Assembly (NCBI GenBank): GCA_043827025.1
Contig: JBDRPL010000009.1
Coordinates: 1 to 64,000 of the forward strand
Source of the DNA: Candidatus Micrarchaeota archaeon
GTDB lineage: Archaea > Micrarchaeota > Micrarchaeia > Anstonellales > Bilamarchaeaceae
DNA length: 64,000 nucleotides
Reading direction: 5' to 3'
In this document: positions 27,744-37,414 of the stretch, in pieces
Position numbering within the stretch: position 1 is the stretch's first letter
Layout: each line of letters opens with the position of its first letter
Notes under the pieces: generated by a model
The model's input: the letters and a program-made list of their open reading frames with translations, nothing else
Databases searched by the model: none
Told to the model about the DNA's origin: nothing
Translations under genes and position numbers: made by a program

Positions 27744-30083
27744 ATGAATTGTCGAAACATCATGTTGGTTCTTCTGGGATTGTTATTGGTTAGTGGGTTT
27801 GGATTTTCAGCTACTATTTTTGTTAATGGCACAGATACCCAAGCTCCCAATTGTGGTGGTTTTGATAGCCGGGGTTATGCAAATTATACTACAATCAGTG
27901 ATGCCATAAGTTTTGCATCTGCAGGAGACCAGATAATTATATGTAAAAAAGATGGAGGGTATTTTGAAAACATCGTTGTTAACAAGTCTTTGAATATCAC
28001 TACTCCAAACAATGGTTCTGCAGCAACACTTTATGCTCTTAATACAAAATTGCCAGCCATAAACATAACAGCTAACTGGACAAACATATCATTTTTACAT
28101 ATCTCTGGTGCAGGTGTGAATGAGGTGGTAGGTGCTCCACCCGCTGGAATTCGCATAAATGCATCCCACATAAACATTTCAAACGTAAATATCTCCAATT
28201 GTACTTATGGTGTTTATCTTGATGTTACTTTGGAGCATGTTGAATTTAGGGACAGTACCAGACCGCTCTATAATTATTTCTATAACAATAGGGTCTATAA
28301 TAATTCTATAGGGTTTTATCTGGCAGGCAATGGTACTTTTGTGAATAACACAGTTTTTGATAACTGGTTATATGGATTTTATATAAATGGAACTGCGAGC
28401 TATTCAACGTTCATAAATAATACGGGATATAATTACACTGAAGCCGGAAATACCTCCGGCCAATTGGCTGGTTTCCAGGTGGAAGGGGCAAGCTACCTTA
28501 ATTTTACCAACAATACGGCATACAATAACAATGTCGGATTTAACATAAGTACTTCGAATTATCTTAACCTTTCGAACAATACAGGTTACAACAACACTTA
28601 TTATAATTTCGGATTCAGTGGAAGCAGTGCAAACCTAAGCCACAACAATGTGACTAACATCTCAAGGGGTGTTGGGTATCAATTCGACACTCGTTCCAAT
28701 GTATCCTTTGCACAGAATAATTATGTATGGAACAGGACTGCAATTGGAATAGATATAAACATCAGTGGAGGAAGCGCAGTTACTACCTATTTCAATTCAA
28801 TTTTCAATAATTTAACAACTACAAACGGCTCCATATTCTTTGATGCTGCTAAGGAGCTTCAAATCGTTGTATTCAGCCCTTCAAGCAGTGGGGCACTTCA
28901 AGACACTACTTGTGCAGATTCTGCTTCCCGTAACAACTGTACCAGGGTTACATATTACAATAAAGATTATGTGAATTTGACTGCTAATTCAGTAGCTCCA
29001 TCGATACTCCTTGGTTTGTATTATAATACAAGCACTGATGCTACAACAAGTGATCTTGCAATTGGAAGGATCGGGTTGTACATCACAAGTGGAAGTGCAT
29101 GGGAGCATCTTGGTGTTGATACATTAGATACTAGCAGAGGTACTGTGAGGAAAGTGTTGACTTCTCCAGAGGTAAACACTTCATCAATGACGTATGGAAT
29201 TTCCAACTTAATTCTTCTTTCGACGTCTTGGGTATCCAGTCCTTCGACTACAAGCACCAAGTCATTCACTCTTTCAAAGGAATTCGACTGTAATACTGGG
29301 AAACTGACTGTTGAGACTGGCGGTGTTTCATATGTTGATGTCAGTTTGGTTGAAACTTCTCCAATTTATGTTCTTATAAGTATGGAAACTACGACGGCAG
29401 ATGGAGTGGAATTTACCATTACACAGAGCGGAACTTATAAGCTTCTGGCTGCTAGGTCAGGATACTATTCAGAACAGATAGTAGACATGGATCTGACTTT
29501 GTGTTCCGAACCAACTCCTCAGACAACTCCAGAATGCACAACTGATTCAGATTGCCTTAATTCAGAAACATGCATTGGTGGAAGCTGTGCAGCAGTAACT
29601 GGAGTATGCGGTTATGCTTCAGACCACGAATGGGTGGCATATGATTGTTGCATGGATTCAGATTGTTTGTCAGGTTACTCATGTGTCTCCCATGAATGTG
29701 TTTCAGTTGTTTCAGAACTGGAACAGCAGGCTCGTGAAGCACTTGAAAATGCAAATGCCAAGATCGCCATGGCAAAGGCAGAAGGAAAGGATGTTTCAGG
29801 AGCAGAGGCCAAATACATGGAGGCAGAACTCCTGTTCCAGGGTAATGATTACGAATCTGCAGTTTCAGTTTCAACACTTTCCGTGTCTTTGATAAAGGAT
29901 AAACCAAAGGCAAGTAGTGTGCCTCCGAAGACAACTACTACAACGACAACGCCAACAACACCTGCAAATCAGGAACTTCCTAAGCAGGATATGGGGGGCC
30001 TTATTTTGATGTTAGGTGCAGGTGTAGTCTTATTAGTTGTTCTTGTTGGGGCTTACTTTGTGATGAAGGGAAAGAAAAAGTAA
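27744..30083 (+). CDS. Cell-surface glycoprotein: parallel beta-helix (NosD/CASH-like), Cys-rich module, C-terminal TM anchor
   Basis: Signal peptide; NNT-rich beta-helix repeats; many N-x-S/T sequons; CTTDSDC...CCMDSDC; Thr run; TM followed by KGKKK. Confidence 0.8.
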   Translation: MNCRNIMLVLLGLLLVSGFGFSATIFVNGTDTQAPNCGGFDSRGYANYTTISDAISFASAGDQIIICKKDGGYFENIVVNKSLNITTPNNGSAATLYALNTKLPAINITANWTNISFLHISGAGVNEVVGAPPAGIRINASHINISNVNISNCTYGVYLDVTLEHVEFRDSTRPLYNYFYNNRVYNNSIGFYLAGNGTFVNNTVFDNWLYGFYINGTASYSTFINNTGYNYTEAGNTSGQLAGFQVEGASYLNFTNNTAYNNNVGFNISTSNYLNLSNNTGYNNTYYNFGFSGSSANLSHNNVTNISRGVGYQFDTRSNVSFAQNNYVWNRTAIGIDINISGGSAVTTYFNSIFNNLTTTNGSIFFDAAKELQIVVFSPSSSGALQDTTCADSASRNNCTRVTYYNKDYVNLTANSVAPSILLGLYYNTSTDATTSDLAIGRIGLYITSGSAWEHLGVDTLDTSRGTVRKVLTSPEVNTSSMTYGISNLILLSTSWVSSPSTTSTKSFTLSKEFDCNTGKLTVETGGVSYVDVSLVETSPIYVLISMETTTADGVEFTITQSGTYKLLAARSGYYSEQIVDMDLTLCSEPTPQTTPECTTDSDCLNSETCIGGSCAAVTGVCGYASDHEWVAYDCCMDSDCLSGYSCVSHECVSVVSELEQQAREALENANAKIAMAKAEGKDVSGAEAKYMEAELLFQGNDYESAVSVSTLSVSLIKDKPKASSVPPKTTTTTTTPTTPANQELPKQDMGGLILMLGAGVVLLVVLVGAYFVMKGKKK

Positions 30084-30211
30084 TCCCTTATTTTTTATCA
30101 TTTTTTCTTTTCATCTCTTTTTTCCATCCTTCGTTGTTGTTTTCACTTTTTTTGTCTTTTTTCATAGGCATATTTATAAATATAGTTCTCGTAGTTTTTT
30201 TAGGTGAATAT

Positions 30212-30445
30212 ATGGTAAAAAAATTAGTCAAGAGAGGGGATTCCTTCAAAGAGGCAAAGCTCAGAGCTTCCCTTAATCGTGCAGGCGTCCTTCCAAAACA
30301 ATCTGGAGAAATCGTGGTATTGGTCAAAAAATATGTTGCAAAGGAAAGCAGGCCAACGACCTTGGGTGTAAGAAAGATTGTCGAAGTTTATCTAAAGAAA
30401 GAGAATCCAAAAGCCCACAAGAAGTACCACGTACATAAAAAATAA
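30212..30445 (+). CDS. Stand-alone ATP-cone-like protein
   Basis: AGGTG RBS; LVKRGDSFKEAKLRASLNRAG resembles the ATP-cone N-terminus. Confidence 0.55.
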   Translation: MVKKLVKRGDSFKEAKLRASLNRAGVLPKQSGEIVVLVKKYVAKESRPTTLGVRKIVEVYLKKENPKAHKKYHVHKK

Positions 30446-30491
30446 AAAATAATTTTTTTTCTTGTTTTTTTATTTTTTTGTATCCTAATTT

Positions 30492-30968
30492 TCAGTCAAT
30501 GACATTTATCTGGATTGATTTGGTTATGTCCATTGACATGGGTACATCAAGGATTGCCTTAAGGCGCCATATGACTGGTGTTGCACTTGGTGTGCCAATT
30601 CTTCCAGCCATGAATGAACCTGCTCCACCCATGCCCGGTATTGCTGCGGGTGGGGATATATTCAGTTTTGGAACTGCTATTTCAAATGGGTATTTTTTGC
30701 TGGTATACTCCCTTTCTTTGTCAAGTGTGAGTGCAAATGAATAAAGCACTTCAGTATCTGTTGTTGTTGTCGGGGTTTGCCCTGGTTTGATTTCAACTCT
30801 TTTTACTTGCCTCTCAGCACGTATCTCTACCCTGAGTTCATTTGCCTTTTTTGGCTTTGGCAAATCAAGCACAACTTCTCCCTTTATTTTACTCCCTTTT
30901 TTTACATTGGGGTCCTTGATAGTTATGCCTATCTTTCCTTCTCCGAAACCTAAAAAACCAAACATCAT
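30492..30968 (-). CDS. Arrestin-N/Spo0M-like beta-sandwich protein
   Basis: G..IKGEVVLDLPKPKKANELRVEI...YPFEIAVP...WRLKAILDVP pattern. Confidence 0.6.
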   Translation of the reverse strand: MMFGFLGFGEGKIGITIKDPNVKKGSKIKGEVVLDLPKPKKANELRVEIRAERQVKRVEIKPGQTPTTTTDTEVLYSFALTLDKEREYTSKKYPFEIAVPKLNISPPAAIPGMGGAGSFMAGRIGTPSATPVIWRLKAILDVPMSMDITKSIQINVID

Positions 30969-31026
30969 ATCATCACAAAGCTAATTCGAAAAGAAGATTA
31001 ATTAATGTTTACTCCTGGGATTTGGC

Positions 31027-32922
31027 TCATTTGAGTCTTATTGCCTCGAGATTTGCCATTGCCCTTCCTTCCTTGCCAAGCATCATCTGTGCTCCTCTTG
31101 CAAGTTCGTCTGTCTTTCCCCAGTCTCCATGCATTGTAATGACTCTTTCTGGGCTTGGCCTTATATTTTTTATATACGCCATTAGCTGGGCTCTGTCTGA
31201 GTGGCCTGAGAATCCTTCTGCAGTTTCTATTTGCATATTTATGTTGAGTATTTTTAGTCTGCCGTCATCCCCTGTTATTGGTATTTCTTTCAAGCCCCTT
31301 TGGATCTTACTTCCAAGCGAGAGCGCGCCCTGATATCCCACAAACACCAGTGTGTTCTTTGGGTCATCTGCCATGAGCTTGAGGTATTCATAAGAAGGGC
31401 CACCATTAAGCATTCCTGAGGGCGCCAATATGATTGCAGGTTCTCCATTCGTTATTAATTCTTTTTCAACGCCTTTCGCAACCTTTATCATTGGAGATTC
31501 AAATGGGCTGTTATTCGAAAGTATCCTTCTTTGGAGCTGTTCTCTAAGATACTCTGGGTATGCAGTGTGTATAGCAGATGCCTCAAGCACCATTCCGTCA
31601 ATATATAATGGTATATTGAAATTTGGGTTCATTCTGTAATACTCTTCAAGCACAAGCATGATTTCCTGGCTTCTTCCTACTGAAAATACTGGGATAAGGA
31701 CCTTTCCTTTTCTGTCAATTGTCTGTTGGATTAGATCTGTTAATTTCTTCTCAGCTTCAACTCTTTTAGCCCCTATGTCATTTCTTCCTCCATAAGTACT
31801 TTCCACCATTAAGGTTTCTACTCTTGGGAAGTGGGTGTTTGCAGGTTCGAATAATTTTGTGAAGCCGAATTTTATGTCTCCAGAATATACTAAGTTGTGC
31901 GCACCTTCTCCTATGTGAAGGTGTACGCTTGCGCTTCCTAAAATATGACCTGCATTATAGAATGTCATTTTTATTTCAGGGGTTATATCCACAACTTCGT
32001 TATATGGGACAGTTATCATGTGTTTGAGTTCTTTTTGTATGTCCTTCTTGGAATATGGCGGGTCTACGCCAAATGCTCTTTTTGTGAGGTTGACATAGTC
32101 TTGCTGAAGCAGTATTGTAAGGTCTCTTGTCGGTGGAGTGCAATAAACTGGCCCGTCATACCCGTATGCATAAAGGTAAGGTACGAAACCCGAGTGGTCT
32201 GTGTGGGCATGGCTTAGTACAACTGCATCCAATTCCTCAACAGAGAAACCCATCATATTAAGGTAAGGATATGCTTTAGTTGGATCGCCTGTTGAAGTAT
32301 TGACTCCGCAATCAAGTAGTATTTTGCTGTTAGGGGTCTGGACAAGTACGCAGGACCTTCCGATTTCTCTGAATGCGCCTAGCGATACTATTCTTATCCA
32401 GTCGCTTGTAGGCGGGGGTTGGCATATCTTCTTGCCGAGAGACACCAGGAATTTCTTTCTTTCAGCTGCCTCTGCTATCAAGCTCTTTCTTATCCCATCT
32501 ATTGTTGAAGATGGCATTGTTGGTGCCCTTTTTGCAATAGGGGTCCAGTTCGTCTGCATCATCATCTCTTTAAGTATTGAGCCGCCCTTTCCTATTACTA
32601 ATCCTGGCTTAACTGCCTCTATGAACACTTCAGAAAATTCAGGGTTGAATCTTATGTCTTTCAACTCTGCTTCTTTTGGGATTATGCTCTCGATTATCTT
32701 TTTTGCGGATTCAGGTTCCATGAGAGCTGAAGGGTCTACTCTAATACTGACCTTCTTCTTCAATGTTCCTGCAATCTCTTTTATGAGCTGGTCATTCTTG
32801 TAGAACTCTTTTATGTTTCTTATGTAAATCACAGTTTCAAGTCCTTCTGGCTCGACTTTTGTGATTTCACATGTCTTTGGCATTATTGCATGTACTGCTT
32901 TTTCAATGTCTTTATAGTGCAC
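31027..32922 (-). CDS. fttA: KH/beta-CASP ribonuclease aCPSF1 (transcription termination factor FttA)
   Basis: KH GLVIGKGG, HAHTDH, AGHILGS, ESTYG, GFSGHSD; GAGGTG RBS and GTG start. Confidence 0.95.
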   Translation of the reverse strand: MHYKDIEKAVHAIMPKTCEITKVEPEGLETVIYIRNIKEFYKNDQLIKEIAGTLKKKVSIRVDPSALMEPESAKKIIESIIPKEAELKDIRFNPEFSEVFIEAVKPGLVIGKGGSILKEMMMQTNWTPIAKRAPTMPSSTIDGIRKSLIAEAAERKKFLVSLGKKICQPPPTSDWIRIVSLGAFREIGRSCVLVQTPNSKILLDCGVNTSTGDPTKAYPYLNMMGFSVEELDAVVLSHAHTDHSGFVPYLYAYGYDGPVYCTPPTRDLTILLQQDYVNLTKRAFGVDPPYSKKDIQKELKHMITVPYNEVVDITPEIKMTFYNAGHILGSASVHLHIGEGAHNLVYSGDIKFGFTKLFEPANTHFPRVETLMVESTYGGRNDIGAKRVEAEKKLTDLIQQTIDRKGKVLIPVFSVGRSQEIMLVLEEYYRMNPNFNIPLYIDGMVLEASAIHTAYPEYLREQLQRRILSNNSPFESPMIKVAKGVEKELITNGEPAIILAPSGMLNGGPSYEYLKLMADDPKNTLVFVGYQGALSLGSKIQRGLKEIPITGDDGRLKILNINMQIETAEGFSGHSDRAQLMAYIKNIRPSPERVITMHGDWGKTDELARGAQMMLGKEGRAMANLEAIRLK

Positions 32923-33052
32923 TTTTACACCTCGAATTTTATCTATGGTTTTATGGATAATATGTTCGCTTTATTTTAATGTAAAAAATTAAATAAGAAA
33001 AATCAATAACTGAAATCTATTTAGATTCTAAGTTTATTTTGCCATGATTTAA

Positions 33053-33697
33053 TCAGGATTCAATTATTTTTTTGACATCCTCCTTCCTCATCCTCTGAAA
33101 TCCGTTCTTGTCTATTACGACCAAATCTACTCTTTCACCGCTTGCAGCATCTCTTTTCATTGCAGATGTGACTGCCTTTGCAGCTATAAGCAGATTCTCA
33201 TGTACTGTGGCATTGTCGGTGTAAAGGTCTTCAATGACACCGTATGCAATTGGCGAACCGCTGCCTGTGGATGTCAACTTCTCTTCAGTGACTCCTCCGA
33301 GCATATCAATACTATATAATCTTGGTTTGCTGTCATATCCGCCAAGGAGTATCTGCACCCAAAAGGGGTAATATTTATGCCCTGCCAGTATGTTTGCAAG
33401 TAATGTAGCTGCTGCCTGTATTGATGCTTTTTTACTGTGTTTCAATTCATATAATTTCAATTCTGCAGACATCCACCTTATGAGTGTTTGTGCATCTCCC
33501 ACGCTTCCTGCGATAGTCATGCCTATGTGCTTGTCTATTGGATATATCTTATCAATATCCTTGCTTGCGATCAAGTATCCCATCGTGGCACGTCTGTCCG
33601 ATGCCAGGACTACGCTGTCCTTTCCGACTAATCCGACAGTTGTTGTACCGGTTTTGATGATCCTCTCGTTTTTCATGCTTTCTTTTTGGTCATCCAT
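33053..33697 (-). CDS. psmB: Proteasome beta subunit
   Basis: Propeptide KTG-TTTVG, DRRAT, GSVGDAQ, TGSGS. Confidence 0.97.
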   Translation of the reverse strand: MDDQKESMKNERIIKTGTTTVGLVGKDSVVLASDRRATMGYLIASKDIDKIYPIDKHIGMTIAGSVGDAQTLIRWMSAELKLYELKHSKKASIQAAATLLANILAGHKYYPFWVQILLGGYDSKPRLYSIDMLGGVTEEKLTSTGSGSPIAYGVIEDLYTDNATVHENLLIAAKAVTSAMKRDAASGERVDLVVIDKNGFQRMRKEDVKKIIES

Positions 33698-33799
33698 TTT
33701 AAATCATCTCGGGAGAATAAGTTATTATTAACTTAGACACTAATCTTTTTAAAGCTGAGTCTCCTCTGTTTTTAATAATCTTACCTTAGAAACCTAGGT

Positions 33800-36325
33800 A
33801 TGCATAGCCAGGACATTTCAGAAGTCATGAAGCAACTTTTCTCAGCTGGTGATGGTCTTTCTTCAGAAGAAGCACAAAAAAGACTTGAAAAATATGGGAA
33901 GAATGAGCTGGGTGATTCATACAAGCGGACTGCATGGGGCATACTCACAAGCCAGTTCAAGAATTTTCTTTTTTTCCTGCTCATTGCAGCAGTAATAATT
34001 TCCCTTGCCATAGGGCATACTATTGATGCAATTGCAATTTCTGTTGCTATACTTCTTTCAGTTGGTTTTGGATTTTTCCTTGAATATCGTGCTGACAAGA
34101 GCCTTGAAGCCCTGAAGTCAATTGCAGAATCAGAGGTTGTGGTCAAGCGTGATGGGGCCAATAAATTAGTTTCATCTTTGGAACTTGTTCCCGGTGACAT
34201 TGTTTATCTGACTGAGGGTTCGAAAATATCTGCTGATGCAAGGCTTTTGAGCGCCCTTGAACTGGAAGTCAATGAAGCTTACCTCACAGGTGAATCAAGG
34301 GCAATACGAAAGGCAGTGGATGTGCTTCAGGAGAACACCATTCTGGCAGAAAGGAAGAACATGGTGTATTCGGGGAGTTTCGTCACAAAAGGCGAAGGCA
34401 GTGCCATAGTTGTTGCAACGGGGAATCTTACAGAACTAGGAAAGATATCTTCTGCGCTTGCCAAGGTTGAAAGTGGCGAGACTGTTCTCCAGCGATCTCT
34501 TAATGACCTTGGAAAAAAAGTCTCCATAGCTTCCATATTAATAATCATTCTCCTTTTCGCAGTGGGTTTGCTTCAGCAAAAGAATCCTGTTGATCTATTC
34601 GTACTTTCTGTCTCGCTCGCAGTCGCAGCTGTGCCTGAGGGCCTTATAACCGTATTGACAATAATTCTTGCCCTTGGCGTAAGAAGAATGGCTGAGCATA
34701 ATGCCCTTGTGCGTAACATCCAATCTGTAGAGACGCTTGGAACATCCACAGTGCTTGTTGTGGACAAGACAGGAACACTAACTCTTGGAAAGATGAAACT
34801 CACTACAATATTCACAGACAATTCTTTTTATGGGACAAAAGATGTTCCCAAGAAAAACAAATCTATCTTCTATTCAATTCTCTGTACCTATGCAAAGGTG
34901 ACTGATAAGGGGTTTTTCGGAGACGAAATGGACAAATCTATATTAGAATCAGGGGAATCGCTTGGATTTGACGTGAGGGAAATCAAGGATTCCAACCAGC
35001 CCATAGAAGCGTATCCATTTGATAATGAGAAAAAAAGAATGAAGATGTTGTTCAACATAAGCGGCAAGGAAGTCATGATCATGAAGGGCGCGCCTGAAAG
35101 AATCATTTCTTTGTGCCACAAGGCGGATGTGAATGGAAAGATAGTTGATTTTGATAAGAAGGAGCTTGATGATGAATTGCTTAAATTTACCTCTGATGGC
35201 CTGAGGGTGCTTGCCTTGGCCTATAGAAAAAACAATAGCAAAGACATTATTTTTTTGGCATTGCTCGGATTCCAGGATCCTCCACGGAAGAATGTGCTTG
35301 AGACGCTCAATGAAGCAAAATCCCAGGGATTGAGGATAATCATGCTTACTGGGGATAATCTGGAGACTGCCATTTCAATAGGCAAGCAGGTTTGCCTTGT
35401 TACAGATGAGTCCCAGGCAGTGCTGTGGAAGAGTCTTGAGCAGCTTGATGATAAACAGCTTAAGCAGAAACTTTCAAATATTTCCATAATTGCAAGGTCA
35501 ACCTCGCTTAGTAAACTTAGGATAGTTGAGATGCTCATACAGATGGGTGAGATAGTTGCAGTTACAGGGGATGGTGTAAATGATGCGCCTGCATTGAAAA
35601 AAGCTCATGTAGGGGTTGTTATGGGCTCAGGAACCGATGTCAGCAAGGAAGCTGGCAAATTGATTTTAATGGATGATGACCTCTCTACGTTGATTGCTGC
35701 CATTCGCTACGGGCGAACAGTATTCAGCAACATAATAAGTTTCATAAGATTTCAGTTCACCACAAATGTGTCGACCCTGCTCTTGTTCATTACTACCTTT
35801 TTCGCAGGTATTCCTTCGTTGCTTACTCCGGTCCAGATACTTTTCATTAACATAATCATGGATGGCCCGCCTGCGCTTGCACTTGGTTTTGAGGATTCTG
35901 CAAATACTAACAAGGTCCATCGAAAGATCTTTTCTAAGAATGTCCTCTGTTCCATTGCAGTATCAGCAGTTTTCATGGTGCTTGTGACGTTGTATATTTT
36001 TTCATCATTTGATCCTCAGAAAGTCCTTACGGGCACGTTTGTTGTTTTTGTTCTGATGCAGCTCTTCAATTCATTGAACTGTCGTTCTCTTTCTAACTCG
36101 TTTTTCTACAAGCCACAGAACAACAAGTACATCTTCGGCACATTCTTTGCAATGCTTGCAATACTTTACCTCATTGTAGAGCTTCCTTTCTTTGAGACAT
36201 ACATGGGCACAACAGGCCTTTCTCCGAACGAATGGATTTATCTCTTGGCAATAAGTGCATCAGTGCTTGTTCTCGAAGAGGTGAAGAAGAGAGTTTTCAA
36301 AAGGTATTTTTTGCAGGAGGAGTAA
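33800..36325 (+). CDS. P-type ATPase, P2A-like (cation/Ca2+)
   Basis: TGES, PEGL, DKTGT, KGAPE, DPPR, TGDN and GDGVND motifs. Confidence 0.93.
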   Translation: MHSQDISEVMKQLFSAGDGLSSEEAQKRLEKYGKNELGDSYKRTAWGILTSQFKNFLFFLLIAAVIISLAIGHTIDAIAISVAILLSVGFGFFLEYRADKSLEALKSIAESEVVVKRDGANKLVSSLELVPGDIVYLTEGSKISADARLLSALELEVNEAYLTGESRAIRKAVDVLQENTILAERKNMVYSGSFVTKGEGSAIVVATGNLTELGKISSALAKVESGETVLQRSLNDLGKKVSIASILIIILLFAVGLLQQKNPVDLFVLSVSLAVAAVPEGLITVLTIILALGVRRMAEHNALVRNIQSVETLGTSTVLVVDKTGTLTLGKMKLTTIFTDNSFYGTKDVPKKNKSIFYSILCTYAKVTDKGFFGDEMDKSILESGESLGFDVREIKDSNQPIEAYPFDNEKKRMKMLFNISGKEVMIMKGAPERIISLCHKADVNGKIVDFDKKELDDELLKFTSDGLRVLALAYRKNNSKDIIFLALLGFQDPPRKNVLETLNEAKSQGLRIIMLTGDNLETAISIGKQVCLVTDESQAVLWKSLEQLDDKQLKQKLSNISIIARSTSLSKLRIVEMLIQMGEIVAVTGDGVNDAPALKKAHVGVVMGSGTDVSKEAGKLILMDDDLSTLIAAIRYGRTVFSNIISFIRFQFTTNVSTLLLFITTFFAGIPSLLTPVQILFINIIMDGPPALALGFEDSANTNKVHRKIFSKNVLCSIAVSAVFMVLVTLYIFSSFDPQKVLTGTFVVFVLMQLFNSLNCRSLSNSFFYKPQNNKYIFGTFFAMLAILYLIVELPFFETYMGTTGLSPNEWIYLLAISASVLVLEEVKKRVFKRYFLQEE

Positions 36326-37124
36326 TGGTTGCTCCGAAAAGATATTCATTGTAATTCAAACCGCCAGGTGGGCAGAATATATTTTCCTCGCAATTTTCTT
36401 CATCCATAACTACTTCGTATCTATTTGCCAAAAGCAGTGCTCTGATTGATTCTGGGCTAACCAGGGAATCCATGGCTATGAATAGAATTCCATCTTTTGT
36501 AAGCAATTCTGGAAAAACATTCTTGAACGGCAGTTCGATTAACATCATTTTCATGCCTTCAAGTATTGGATAAAGCGGTTGGCTTTCAATACATTTTGGA
36601 TCAATCCCGAATCTGCTGGTGATTATTTCCATAATCGGAGATCTTAGCTCTTCGAACATTTCTTTTTCAGGCTCAGTTTTGCCAGAGGCAATCCTTTTTT
36701 CCTTAGTGTGCTTTATGGTTTCAAGTAAGTCTATAGGAGGGCTTGGATTAAAGAGAGTTATTATATTGAATTTTCCCAGAAAGTGTCCCATTTCCGGGGA
36801 ACAAGTTAAAAGTTCAAGAGGCCTGAGGAATGTTGCATAAATTTCAGCGCCTTTCAGCCCGACATATCTTTTTTCCGCTTTCCCATAGGAATCTATACCG
36901 ATGAGTCTTATCCTTCTTGGTGAAAGCATTCCTCTTAGCCCATCAATTGCAAATTTCAGCGCCACTGCTGTTCCAATTCCAACTGATCCAGAACCGTCTG
37001 CGCATCTGAAGTCCAATATGCGTATGATTTCTTTTCTGCCTAATCTTTCTTCCACAATTGGGTGTGCCAAAAATCTTTGCATTGTCTTGAATGCCTTTTC
37101 CTGGCGTTGTTGGGCGAATTGCAT
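36297..37124 (-). CDS. Orphan protein with a degenerate class I SAM-methyltransferase-like fold
   Basis: RILDFRCADG, LIGID, FNIITLFNP and LTKDGILFI resemble MTase motifs I, II, IV and VI. Confidence 0.5.
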   Translation of the reverse strand: MQFAQQRQEKAFKTMQRFLAHPIVEERLGRKEIIRILDFRCADGSGSVGIGTAVALKFAIDGLRGMLSPRRIRLIGIDSYGKAEKRYVGLKGAEIYATFLRPLELLTCSPEMGHFLGKFNIITLFNPSPPIDLLETIKHTKEKRIASGKTEPEKEMFEELRSPIMEIITSRFGIDPKCIESQPLYPILEGMKMMLIELPFKNVFPELLTKDGILFIAMDSLVSPESIRALLLANRYEVVMDEENCEENIFCPPGGLNYNEYLFGATITPPAKNTF

Positions 37125-37195
37125 TGTGTTTAATGATGTTCCAAAAAGTTTATATTTTTGACATAATCAAGTAAATCGGATAAAAAGAGAAGATT

Positions 37196-37349
37196 TGGGG
37201 TCATAGGGATTCGAACCCTAATATGCAGATAACGGCTCTTGTTTGCCTGTTTGTTTCCAAACAGGCTAGATCTGGAGTCTGCCGTGTTACCTGGTTGTGC
37301 GCTTCTGTGCACAAATTTGAACGCAGTTCAAGCTTTGCACCATGACCCC
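37196..37349 (-). tRNA. tRNA-Trp(CCA) with two introns (D loop ~40 nt, about 37295-37335; anticodon arm 41 nt, about 37231-37271)
   Basis: Acceptor GGGGTCA/TGACCCC plus A; anticodon stem GCAGA/TCTGC with CT-CCA-G; T arm TAGGG-TTCGAAT-CCCTA. Confidence 0.85.
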
Positions 37350-37414
37350 GAAGCCATGAATTCTCGTCATCTGATCGAGAGCATCTATTTTTAGGAGGCG
37401 ACGATTTTAAATTC

